The translations under genes were made by a program, and so were the position numbers. Below, in pieces: positions 7,371-15,876 of a stretch of 44,471 nucleotides of DNA (positions within the stretch are counted from its first letter, which is position 1; each line of letters starts with the position of its first letter). The stretch lies in the IMG/VR virus record IMGVR_UViG_3300020325_000001. One strand, written 5' to 3'. The DNA is from a virus. Under the pieces are notes generated by a model, which did not search any database, was not told where the DNA came from, and saw only the letters and a list, made by a program, of their open reading frames with translations.

Positions 7371-8602
7371 AACACGAAGTACAACAAATCCTTACTGAGC
7401 AAGAGATTCATGGATGGGCTTTTGATGAGAACGCTGCATGGCAACTTGCATCTTCTCTCACCAGAGAACTACGAGAAACTGAAGAACTACTACGAAACCG
7501 GCACCCTTTCGTCCGAGGATCGGAATTCACTCCTAAACGAGATAACCGCACGCAAGGATATGTCAAGGGTGCACCCCTTACTCGACTGAAAGAACTCAAC
7601 ACATCATCACGGGATCATATATCATGGATCTTGCAACAATTCTATGGCTGGATTCCAAGCCAGAAGACAACTACTGGGAAACCTGTTATCGACGAAGTGA
7701 TTCTCAAGGAGATGAACTCGGAAGTAGCGACGATGTTCCTCCGGATTTTGACGATAACGAAGATGCTTGGAATGATCAGCGAAGGCGCGAACGCCTGGCT
7801 GAAGTTGAGTACGAGTGCTAAAAGAATTCACCACCATTGCAGTGTAGCTACTAACACACATCGCTGCGCCCACCGTAACCCTAACCTCGGACAAGTTCCA
7901 TCAGATGAAAGATTTAGAAAACTCTTCATACCAAGTCCGGGTCTACATATGGTCGGCGCTGATCTTAGCGGCATCGAGCTTCGTATGCTCGCTCATTATC
8001 TTGCAAGGTATGACGGAGGAAGATACGCGAGACTATTACTTGAGGATGACATCCATCAGATCAACGCTGACAAAATCGGCATCTCAAGACGACAAGTAAA
8101 AACCGTCACGTATGCATTTTTGTACGGTGCAGGTGACGAAAAAATCGGACACTCTTATGACCAACAGTTATCAACCACTGCTGCAAAAAAGAAAGGGAAA
8201 GAGATTCGTGCAGCGTATGTTGACGCGGTTGATGGATTGGATGCTCTACTCACAGCTATTAAGAAAGCTGCAGAAAGAGGGTTCATCAAGTCTATCGATG
8301 GACGAAAAATTAACGTTGACTCGCCTCACAAAGCCCTGAACTACTGCTTGCAGTCGGGAGCGGGTGTCATCGCGAAGCGGTGGATGGTGATCAACCAGGA
8401 GACAATGAGAGAAGCGAAGATATGTGCTTCTCAACTAGGATTTATTCATGACGAGCTACAATTCGAGTGTGCCCCTGAGCACATCGGAGACCTATCAACA
8501 TCCCTGGTATACAGCGCTACAGCGGCTGGGGAGTTCTACAACATGCGCATCCGCATCGACGCGGAAGCAACACACGGAAACAACTGGAGTGAAACCCACT
8601 AA
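7331..8602 (+). CDS. DNA polymerase, family A polymerase-domain ORF
   Basis: Motif A is GADLSGIELRMLAH, motif B is KTVTYAFLYGAG and motif C is FIHDELQFE, all T7 gp5-like. The frame is -1 relative to the exonuclease ORF. The first ATG (7331) gives METLPALPEWVALEHE, 40 nt inside the exonuclease ORF. Confidence 0.85.
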   Translation: METLPALPEWVALEHEVQQILTEQEIHGWAFDENAAWQLASSLTRELRETEELLRNRHPFVRGSEFTPKRDNRTQGYVKGAPLTRLKELNTSSRDHISWILQQFYGWIPSQKTTTGKPVIDEVILKEMNSEVATMFLRILTITKMLGMISEGANAWLKLSTSAKRIHHHCSVATNTHRCAHRNPNLGQVPSDERFRKLFIPSPGLHMVGADLSGIELRMLAHYLARYDGGRYARLLLEDDIHQINADKIGISRRQVKTVTYAFLYGAGDEKIGHSYDQQLSTTAAKKKGKEIRAAYVDAVDGLDALLTAIKKAAERGFIKSIDGRKINVDSPHKALNYCLQSGAGVIAKRWMVINQETMREAKICASQLGFIHDELQFECAPEHIGDLSTSLVYSATAAGEFYNMRIRIDAEATHGNNWSETH

Positions 8603-8721
8603 TGTACAGCAAGAAAAACAAGACTGAGATCAAGTCAGTCAAAAAGAAAACCCGTCAAGGTCAAGGACGCAACTCCGTGCCCAAGGGTGATAGGAAACCC
8701 TACCGGGGGCAAGGCAGGTGA
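8602..8721 (+). CDS. Tiny Lys/Arg-rich protein (39 aa)
   Basis: ATG 8602 overlaps the polymerase TAA. The product is MYSKKNKTEIKSVKKKTRQGQGRNSVPKGDRKPYRGQGR. Its stop overlaps GTG 8718. Confidence 0.4.
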   Translation: MYSKKNKTEIKSVKKKTRQGQGRNSVPKGDRKPYRGQGR

Positions 8722-9488
8722 AGCTACTTGTAGACGCTGATTACGTGGTCTACAAATGCTGTGCTGCTGCCGAAACAGAAATTGATTGGGGCAATGATGT
8801 AATTCTTGTAACAAGTAAATTTAGTGATGCTTATGCTGCTGTCAAGCGTGAGCTGCTCAAAATTATCAACAACTTTCTATGGGATGTACCTGAATTAGTT
8901 CTGTTCTTTAGCGATAGTGTAAACTTTCGTAAATCTATCCAGCCCGCATACAAAGGGCATCGCAATCGTAAGAAACCTTGCGGTTACAAACGTGTGATTA
9001 ACCGACTCAAGACTGAGTACGACGTTGTTATCATGCCAACACTTGAGGCAGATGATGCCTTAGGTATTTATGCTACACAAAATCCTGGTAATGTTATCTG
9101 CTCACCAGATAAGGACATGCGCCAGATCCCCGGCAAGCTATTCGACATGTCAGAAATGATGAATGTGGAAAAGGCAGAGGGTGAGAAGTGGCACCTTGTA
9201 CAAACATTAGCAGGAGACCAAACTGATGGCTACGCCGGTTGTCCCGGTATTGGTGTTAAACGTGCAATCACCCTCTTTGAAGAAAAGGGGTATTCTTGGA
9301 AGGCTGTCGTTCAAGCGTTTGCTGAGAAAGATCTTTCCGAAGATGTCGCACTTGAAAATGCAAGACTCGCGAAGATCCTTACAGCATCCGACTATGACTT
9401 CGACAAGCAACAACCAATTCTTTGGTCCCCCACCGCCGATTATCGAATTAACGATGGAGCAGGATCTAAAGATGAGAAGGCTAAATGA
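8718..9488 (+). CDS. 5'-3' exonuclease (T7 gp6-like, FEN/PIN fold)
   Basis: The start is GTG. The N-terminus KLLVDADYVVYKC, the LEADDALG motif and the GDQTDGYAGCPGIGVKRA helix-hairpin-helix are present. The position after the DNA polymerase matches T7. Confidence 0.8.
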   Translation: MKLLVDADYVVYKCCAAAETEIDWGNDVILVTSKFSDAYAAVKRELLKIINNFLWDVPELVLFFSDSVNFRKSIQPAYKGHRNRKKPCGYKRVINRLKTEYDVVIMPTLEADDALGIYATQNPGNVICSPDKDMRQIPGKLFDMSEMMNVEKAEGEKWHLVQTLAGDQTDGYAGCPGIGVKRAITLFEEKGYSWKAVVQAFAEKDLSEDVALENARLAKILTASDYDFDKQQPILWSPTADYRINDGAGSKDEKAK

Positions 9489-9630
9489 CCTTCTACCTGA
9501 AGCAAGTAAGGATGACATTATTACTGTCTTCCTTGCTTTGCAAAAACAAAACTTTGTCCTATCCAATACTGTCAGTAATCTAGTCAAAAAATGGCCGAAT
9601 CACCCGAGCATTACACCCGAGGATCAATAG
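9454..9630 (+). CDS. Hypothetical protein (58 aa; alternative ATG 9472)
   Basis: In frame with track ORF 9226..9630, and the first ATG codons lie near the exonuclease stop. Confidence 0.35.
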   Translation: MEQDLKMRRLNDLLPEASKDDIITVFLALQKQNFVLSNTVSNLVKKWPNHPSITPEDQ

Positions 9631-9890
9631 AAGTCTGGGACTTTATCCGAGACCAGGATCTTAATTATCATCTCGGTAATGCTATTAAATATATTTGCAG
9701 AGCCGGTTACAAGTCTACTGAATCGAAAGAGGCTGATCTTAAAAAGGCTATCCACTACCTTGAAAATGAACTCTACCACACAACACTGTACATCGACCAG
9801 TCTGAGCGATCAAGCAATTCAATTCCGTTCAGCGTATGGGATTCAGAACAATTCGGACAACCGGACTATGCAACTGGGTTTGATCGATGA
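9591..9890 (+). CDS. DUF3310-family protein
   Basis: PEHYTRGSIEVWDFIRDQDLNYHLGNAIKYICRAGYK...DLKKAIHYL matches the remembered DUF3310 signature (HY..g.iE..d.i......f..gNaiKYi.Ra..K...eDl.KA..Yl). Confidence 0.7.
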   Translation: MAESPEHYTRGSIEVWDFIRDQDLNYHLGNAIKYICRAGYKSTESKEADLKKAIHYLENELYHTTLYIDQSERSSNSIPFSVWDSEQFGQPDYATGFDR

Positions 9891-10149
9891 GGAGTACCAA
9901 GAATTCCGCAGTGCATTCCATAACGAACCCTACGAAAACGAACTAAAAGAGCTTGCAGATCTTGTGTATGTCTGCTTCCAATATGCTGAAAATATGGAGT
10001 GGGATCTAGAGGAAGCACTTGATCGTGTCCACAAAAGCAACATGTCTAAGCTAGGATTAGACGGTACTCCTATCCGCCGTGCAGACGGCAAGGTTCTCAA
10101 AGGACCAAACTATAAACCACCTGTTTTGAACGATCTTATCAACCCATGA
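9766..10149 (+). CDS. MazG-like nucleotide pyrophosphohydrolase
   Basis: IQFRSAYG...LGLIDEEYQEFRSAF...ELADLVYVCFQYAE...VHKSNMSKLGLDGTPIRRADGKVLKGPNY fits the all-alpha NTP-PPase pattern (LI.EE..E, EL.D..yv, SNmsK, DGK..Kg..Y). ATG 9766 gives a full-length domain, and ATG 9868 is the alternative. Confidence 0.65.
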   Translation: MNSTTQHCTSTSLSDQAIQFRSAYGIQNNSDNRTMQLGLIDEEYQEFRSAFHNEPYENELKELADLVYVCFQYAENMEWDLEEALDRVHKSNMSKLGLDGTPIRRADGKVLKGPNYKPPVLNDLINP

Positions 10150-11528
10150 CCGCATCTTATATCTCTCGCACGGGACGTGTCCAATCTTGGATCGATGACC
10201 CAACGTCCCGCCTACCGGTTTCGTGCACCGTGTTCGTCGTTGAAGACTCAATCACAGGAGACAATGGAATTGAAGCATCCTGGAAATTTGTATCACATGC
10301 TCTACGATATGGAGCAGGTTGCGCGGTACACCTGTCGAAACTGCGACCCAAAGGAACAGAAAATGACAAAGGACTGGTTGCATCTGGACCGGTGTCTTTT
10401 GCCAAAATCTATTCAACACTAAATGAAATCCTCCGGCGCGGCGGGGTGTACAAGAACGGAGCTGTGGTATGTCATCTCGACCTTAGCCACCCTGATGCTC
10501 TTGAATTTATTATTACTCCTCGATCCGAACTACCGTGGGTTAAGCGATGCATCAACATCACCGATGAGTGGTGGGAGGGGTGTACGTTTAAGGAAGAACT
10601 CCTCTACGGTATTAAATCAGGTGACATTTGGCTCAACAAAGTAAAATACGACAATGAAGGAAAGCGAATCCGAGGTAACGTCTGTCTTGAAGTTTACCTG
10701 CCCTCACGAGGTACCTGTCTACTCCAGCATGTCAATCTCGGTGCCTGTGAATTCGACGACATTCCTCGCGCTTTCACTGAAGGTATGTCCCAGTTGTGCG
10801 AACTCCATGGTAAGACAGGTGTTGGGGAAAGCGGAGAGTACCTCCCTAGCGAAACTGACCGACAAGTGGGACTCGGCATCCTCGGACTCGCTAACCTACT
10901 TCGTCGATACGGAGTGACGTATGACCAGTTTGGACGTGCGTTGGAACAATTCAACAAAGGAGAATCAGTACGGTCTGCAGCCTATGAACTTGTCACCCAA
11001 ATTAACGCTGGCATTGAGTCGGCAGCCAGCATTGCTCGCAACAATGAAATGGTTCGAGCCTTTGCTATTGCGCCCACTGCCTCATGCAGTTATCGAAGCA
11101 CAGATCTGGATGGCTATACTTGCACACCAGAAATCGCTCCGCCTATCTCGCAGACTGTCGATCGCGACTCAGGTACTTTCGGAGTACAAACGTACAACTA
11201 TGGCGACGTAGAGATCGCCTCTAAGGTGGGCTGGGAAGCCTACAAACGTGTTGCCGATGGCATCATGGCTCTACTTAACAAGACTGGACTTCTACATGGT
11301 TACAGCTTCAATTCGTGGTCCGATGTGGTCACTTATGATGAAGCATTTATCCAGGAGTGGCTTGAATCGCCCCAGACTTCTCTTTATTATAGTCTTCAAG
11401 TAATGGGAGACGTTCAAGATAAGTCAAGTGCATATGCCGCTTTGGATGACGAAGACGTTGACAAGTATCTTGAATCGCTCTTTTACGATGAGGACACCCC
11501 CGAACCTCAATGTGATTGTGCAGAATGA
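10146..11528 (+). CDS. Ribonucleotide reductase catalytic (alpha-like) subunit, short cyanopodovirus type
   Basis: Supporting elements are GNVCLEVYL (N-x-C-x-E active site), AIAPTASCS and the C-terminal Cys pair PQCDCAE. The start forms an ATGA overlap with the MazG-like gene. Confidence 0.85.
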   Translation: MTASYISRTGRVQSWIDDPTSRLPVSCTVFVVEDSITGDNGIEASWKFVSHALRYGAGCAVHLSKLRPKGTENDKGLVASGPVSFAKIYSTLNEILRRGGVYKNGAVVCHLDLSHPDALEFIITPRSELPWVKRCINITDEWWEGCTFKEELLYGIKSGDIWLNKVKYDNEGKRIRGNVCLEVYLPSRGTCLLQHVNLGACEFDDIPRAFTEGMSQLCELHGKTGVGESGEYLPSETDRQVGLGILGLANLLRRYGVTYDQFGRALEQFNKGESVRSAAYELVTQINAGIESAASIARNNEMVRAFAIAPTASCSYRSTDLDGYTCTPEIAPPISQTVDRDSGTFGVQTYNYGDVEIASKVGWEAYKRVADGIMALLNKTGLLHGYSFNSWSDVVTYDEAFIQEWLESPQTSLYYSLQVMGDVQDKSSAYAALDDEDVDKYLESLFYDEDTPEPQCDCAE

Positions 11529-12241
11529 ATCCTTACGAAAAACTAATGGCGCGGAAGCGCAAATGGACACCCGTGCAGACAACTGCCGGTACATGCAAAG
11601 CGGGCGCGGAGGAGGCAATCCACCGTGCTCTTGCCTTGCGACACATGGAACTACCTGTGGGAGATTTTATTACTGATGCCCTCAATAGTGAAGTACCAAC
11701 GTTGGCCCGTGAAATACTGGAATCCAACGTTAAAGATGAAGAAAACCATGACATCGCACTTGGTTACATCGCCAATGCTTACGGTGTTGATCCGCAAGCT
11801 GAGAAGGAAGCGCTCCGGCTTAGGACCGCTTGGGAAGCACATCCAGATCACACGATCACGAAAGCCATGGTCGCTGAGCGTGCGATTTTCTTCGTTCTTT
11901 TACCATTCTTCCGCTTTAATGGTGACGCTGGGATGAGAACCGTATCAGCCGATATTAGCAGAGATGAGCAAATTCACGTGGCTACCAATAGTCTGGTTCA
12001 TACTGAGCTGGGGTATAACATCAGTCCTTCTCTTGATAAACTCCGGAAGGCAACTATCAATTGGGTAATGCAACCACTAGGTATTAATACTACCGATAAA
12101 TATTTGGACAAAAAATTTTGGCTGGATTCTAGCGACCGGCTAATGTATGAGGGCAAAGCCCCAGAATTGTCCGCAACTAAATCTGCTAGAATGCCCGCCT
12201 TCTTTGAGCATAGCAATGTCAACCTCCCCCAGTATGCTTGA
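11525..12241 (+). CDS. Ferritin-like di-metal protein, probable ribonucleotide reductase beta subunit (short)
   Basis: Two E-x-x-H motifs are present (KDEENHDIA and SRDEQIHVA). ATG 11525 overlaps the alpha-subunit stop (gaATGAat). The ORF is immediately downstream of the alpha subunit. Confidence 0.65.
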   Translation: MNPYEKLMARKRKWTPVQTTAGTCKAGAEEAIHRALALRHMELPVGDFITDALNSEVPTLAREILESNVKDEENHDIALGYIANAYGVDPQAEKEALRLRTAWEAHPDHTITKAMVAERAIFFVLLPFFRFNGDAGMRTVSADISRDEQIHVATNSLVHTELGYNISPSLDKLRKATINWVMQPLGINTTDKYLDKKFWLDSSDRLMYEGKAPELSATKSARMPAFFEHSNVNLPQYA

Positions 12242-12398
12242 GGTTCTTGGGATGAATTCCCGAGGTTTAATTCATGCACTAGAAGATTCCTTTCCACCCA
12301 CAAACCCTACACCTGACGATACAATGGAAAAAATTATGTACCGATCTGGTCAACGCAGTGTCGTTGAGTGGGTCATCAAATATATGGAGGAGAACTAA
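12234..12398 (+). CDS. Hypothetical protein (54 aa)
   Basis: ATG 12234 overlaps the end of the RNR beta gene, and the stop overlaps the next ATG (TAATG). Confidence 0.4.
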   Translation: MLEVLGMNSRGLIHALEDSFPPTNPTPDDTMEKIMYRSGQRSVVEWVIKYMEEN

Positions 12399-13243
12399 TG
12401 GGACGCAAACGGCGTAAGTCTATTTCGAATCGGTTTATTACCGATGTGCATGGAAGAACTGAAAATAGAAATCAACAATATTTTAGTCGTAAAAAAAAAT
12501 CAAAAAAGAAATACAAGCAGCAGAAATTTTTTGCTAAAATTAGTGAAGATGGTAAGATCGATAAAAAAGAAGCTGAGAAAGCTGCAAAGAAAGGTTATGA
12601 TCTTGCCAAGATTCGAAGGCATGATGCCCGGCAGTTCAACAGAGCACAAGATGTCTACAGTAATAGGGACGATCGTTCTGGGATGCGTAACCCTGCTTAT
12701 GCGCCGCTGCTGATTTCAAGAGGTGCAGAGGGTATCTTTGGCGGTCAACAGCGTGAAACCGGTGGTGGTCGTCGCCAAAGCAGTGCTGGTGGTGGTGGTA
12801 AATCGTCTGCTAAACCATCTACACCTACCCGACCTACCAATCAATACCAATCTCAAATTGAGGGCATGCTAGGTGATCAACGGGTCACTGCACCTGGTTT
12901 CCCAGATCCATATGCAGACGCACTGGCTTCATTGCAACAGACCATTGCTGGTATTCAGATGCCTGATTACGGCGCTGAGCTTGACGCAATGCGTGCTGAG
13001 CAAGAAAGGTACATGCAAGAGCTGGCTGCACAACAGGCAGAAGCCGAGCGGCAAAGAGAACTGGCTTTCCGCACCTCTCAAGAAAACATGACTCGTGGTG
13101 GGTTGACGCCTGATTTCAGGATTGGTGCCCGGTCCCCCAGGGATCGCTTTGGTACCGGCGGCTTCAAACGTAGACTACGCCGACCTGTTAGCATTGCTCA
13201 AGGCATTGCACCTTCCACCGCTGGACAAACTCTTAACGTATAA
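12398..13243 (+). CDS. Basic N-terminus / Gly-rich / coiled-coil protein at the T7 gp6.7-7.3 position, possibly virion-associated
   Basis: ATG 12398 follows GGAGGAGAAC. The N-terminus is MGRKRRKS...KKKSKKKYKQQK, followed by a GGGRRQSSAGGGGKS segment and a Q/A/E-rich helix. The gene is directly upstream of the portal gene. Confidence 0.5.
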   Translation: MGRKRRKSISNRFITDVHGRTENRNQQYFSRKKKSKKKYKQQKFFAKISEDGKIDKKEAEKAAKKGYDLAKIRRHDARQFNRAQDVYSNRDDRSGMRNPAYAPLLISRGAEGIFGGQQRETGGGRRQSSAGGGGKSSAKPSTPTRPTNQYQSQIEGMLGDQRVTAPGFPDPYADALASLQQTIAGIQMPDYGAELDAMRAEQERYMQELAAQQAEAERQRELAFRTSQENMTRGGLTPDFRIGARSPRDRFGTGGFKRRLRRPVSIAQGIAPSTAGQTLNV

Positions 13244-14820
13244 TGACTGCTAGATCTCGATATGATGCATTGTCTTCGAGCCGTTCACAGTTTCTAAACA
13301 CTGCTAGACAAGCAGCTAATCTAACTCTACCTTACCTTGTCAGGGAGGATGAGCACACAACTAAGAGTGCTCTTAAACTCACAACACCATGGCAATCAGT
13401 GGGAGCCAAAGGTGTGGTGACGCTTGCAAGTAAACTAATGCTTGCATTGCTACCGCCACAAACTAGCTTCTTTAAATTGCAGGTTAACGATATTAACCTC
13501 CCTCAAGAACTTGGTCCTGAGATTAGATCTGAGCTTGACTTGTCGTTTGCTAAGGTTGAACGCACTGTCATGGAATCCATTGCGGAATCCGGTGATCGTG
13601 TTGTTGTTCACCAAGCATTGAAGCATCTTGTAGTAGCTGGAAACGCCCTCCTCTTTATGAGTAAAGATGGGCTCAAGCTTTATCCCCTGTCTCGTTATGT
13701 GGTGGATAGAGATGGTAACGGTAATGTTATTGAAATCGTAACAAAGGAGACAATCTCTAAAAAAATTGTCAAAAAAATTTATCCAGATTTCAAGGACGAA
13801 GGTGTTGCTGATAACACCGACGAACCGAATGATGAATGTGTTATTTACACGCACATCAAACGTGATAACAACAGGATGGTATGGCACCAGGAGCTGTACG
13901 ATCAGATCCTTCCCAAGTCTATGGGCAAGGCTCCTCTTGACGCTAACCCCTGGCTTGTGCTACGATTCAACTCAGTTGATGGCGAGGTCTATGGACGTGG
14001 TAGGGTGGAAGAGTTCATCGGTGATCTGAAGTCACTTGAAGCTCTGTCACAAGCCATCGTTGAAGGCTCCGCTGCGGCTGCTAAGGTAGTGTTTACTGTC
14101 AGCCCAAGCTCCACCACCAAACCTCAGACACTTGCTAATGCAGGTAACGGTGCGATTATCCAAGGTCGTCCTGATGACATTGGTGTGGTGCAGGTTGGTA
14201 AGACAGCTGACTTCTCCACTGCGTATCAGATGATTGGATCGTTGACTCAACGTCTGAACGAAGCATTCCTGATTCTCAATGTGAGGAACAGTGAGCGTAC
14301 TACAGCTGAAGAGGTTCGTATGACACAACTCGAATTAGAACAGCAACTTGGTGGACTATTCTCCCTGTTGACTGTTGAGTTCCTTGTGCCATATCTCAAC
14401 CGCAAACTCAACATTGCACAAAAGACGGGTGACATTCCACGCTTGCCTAAGGGTGATGTCGTCCGACCCACGATTGTTGCAGGCATCAATGCCCTTGGTC
14501 GTGGGCAAGATCGTGAAAGCCTTGCACAGTTCCTTACTGTCATCGCTCAGACTATGGGTCCAGATGCTATTGCTCAATACATCAACCCTGATGAAGTCAT
14601 TAAACGTTTGGCTGCATCTTCTGGCATCGATGTACTCAACCTTGTGAAGAGTATGCAAGAGCTACAAGCTGAACAACAACAGCAGATGGCTCAGCAACAA
14701 CAGATGATGGCAATGCAACAAGCACCTCAGATGGCAGCTGTCGATCAAAAGGCAGCACAAGCTGAGATGCAAATGCAGCAGCAGATGATGCAACAAGAAC
14801 AACCACCTATCCCCCAATAA
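13243..14820 (+). CDS. Portal (head-tail connector) protein, T7 gp8-like
   Basis: A 525-aa ORF placed immediately before the scaffold and capsid genes, with a Gln-rich C-terminal tail. The call rests mainly on synteny and size. Confidence 0.8.
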   Translation: MTARSRYDALSSSRSQFLNTARQAANLTLPYLVREDEHTTKSALKLTTPWQSVGAKGVVTLASKLMLALLPPQTSFFKLQVNDINLPQELGPEIRSELDLSFAKVERTVMESIAESGDRVVVHQALKHLVVAGNALLFMSKDGLKLYPLSRYVVDRDGNGNVIEIVTKETISKKIVKKIYPDFKDEGVADNTDEPNDECVIYTHIKRDNNRMVWHQELYDQILPKSMGKAPLDANPWLVLRFNSVDGEVYGRGRVEEFIGDLKSLEALSQAIVEGSAAAAKVVFTVSPSSTTKPQTLANAGNGAIIQGRPDDIGVVQVGKTADFSTAYQMIGSLTQRLNEAFLILNVRNSERTTAEEVRMTQLELEQQLGGLFSLLTVEFLVPYLNRKLNIAQKTGDIPRLPKGDVVRPTIVAGINALGRGQDRESLAQFLTVIAQTMGPDAIAQYINPDEVIKRLAASSGIDVLNLVKSMQELQAEQQQQMAQQQQMMAMQQAPQMAAVDQKAAQAEMQMQQQMMQQEQPPIPQ

Positions 14821-14823
14821 TGA

Positions 14824-15462
14824 ATGGCTGAAACATTTACAATGAACGAGACTCCTTCTAATCCTGAGATTCTTAACTCAGATGAACAGGAGTCTCTTGC
14901 GATTGCTGAGTCTCTTGAGCAAGGAAAACAACCACTTCTTGCTGGTAAGTTCAAAGATCCACAAGCTCTTGAACAAGCCTATGTAGAACTTCAGAAGAAA
15001 CTTGGAGAACCACGTGATGAGGTACCAACCCCCGAAGACGAGGGTGAGCCTGCAGAGACCGAAGCAGAAGCAGAAGAAACTGACGACGACTCGGAAGGTC
15101 TCTCCGAAGAGCAAGCTGAAATGCTGATGGACATGGTGGGCGGTGATAAAGCCTACAAGTCTATGCTAGATTGGGCGTCAGAAAACTTCTCCAAAGAAGA
15201 GGTTGAGATGTATGATGGTGTGATGAGTTCTGGTAACGCCAACGCCATCTACTATGCTATTCAAGCCTTGCAGGCACGATACAATGACTCTGTAGGCTCT
15301 GATGGTGAAACCCTTACGGGACGTGACGCAGCCGACACCGATGATTCTTTCAAGAGTCAGGCGGAACTGGTTGCAGCCATGAGCGATCCACGCTATGATC
15401 GTGACCCGGCGTATCGGGCAGACCTGATGCGTCGTCTTGAAAACTCTGATGTTCAATTCTGA
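14824..15462 (+). CDS. Capsid assembly (scaffolding) protein, T7 gp9-like
   Basis: A strongly acidic 212-aa protein that sits between the portal and capsid modules. Confidence 0.7.
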   Translation: MAETFTMNETPSNPEILNSDEQESLAIAESLEQGKQPLLAGKFKDPQALEQAYVELQKKLGEPRDEVPTPEDEGEPAETEAEAEETDDDSEGLSEEQAEMLMDMVGGDKAYKSMLDWASENFSKEEVEMYDGVMSSGNANAIYYAIQALQARYNDSVGSDGETLTGRDAADTDDSFKSQAELVAAMSDPRYDRDPAYRADLMRRLENSDVQF

Positions 15463-15653
15463 TGACTACTGTTACTGAAGAACGGGGTCGTCTTAACCTC
15501 TATGCAATAGAACCACCTATGACAATTATGGATGTAACTGAAACCCACAATGAAAAGGCTGAGAAGCTTAATGGTCGTCTTGCTATGCTTGGCGTCATGG
15601 CGGCTCTTGGTGCTTATGCAATCACTGGTCAAATTATCCCCGGAGTCTGGTAA
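15462..15653 (+). CDS. High-light-inducible protein (HLIP, one-helix CAB family)
   Basis: AEKLNGRLAMLGVMAALGAYAITGQIIPG contains the E-x-x-N-G-R-x-A-M-x-G chlorophyll-binding helix. Confidence 0.9.
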   Translation: MTTVTEERGRLNLYAIEPPMTIMDVTETHNEKAEKLNGRLAMLGVMAALGAYAITGQIIPGVW

Positions 15654-15712
15654 TGCCTCAAGGTAAAGGAACATACGGTACAAAAAAAGGTCGTCCTCCG
15701 AAGAAAAAGTGA
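15653..15712 (+). CDS. Tiny basic peptide (19 aa) MPQGKGTYGTKKGRPPKKK
   Basis: A TAATG overlap with hli and a GTGATG overlap with the next ORF suggest translational coupling. Confidence 0.4.
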   Translation: MPQGKGTYGTKKGRPPKKK

Positions 15713-15861
15713 TGGCTAAACCTGGTCTCTACGCTAACATCCACGCCAAGCGCAAACGTATTGCTGCTGGCAGTGGTGAGAAGATGCGTAAAGTTGGTAG
15801 CAAGGGAGCACCTACTGCCAAACAATTTAAACAAGCCGCTAAAACGCGGAAGAAAAAGTAA
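15712..15861 (+). CDS. Small Lys-rich protein (49 aa)
   Basis: MAKPGLYANIHAKRKRIAAGSGEKMRKVGSKGAPTAKQFKQAAKTRKKK resembles a small basic protein I recall as widespread in marine phages. Confidence 0.5.
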   Translation: MAKPGLYANIHAKRKRIAAGSGEKMRKVGSKGAPTAKQFKQAAKTRKKK

Positions 15862-15876
15862 CTCTATTAACTAATC

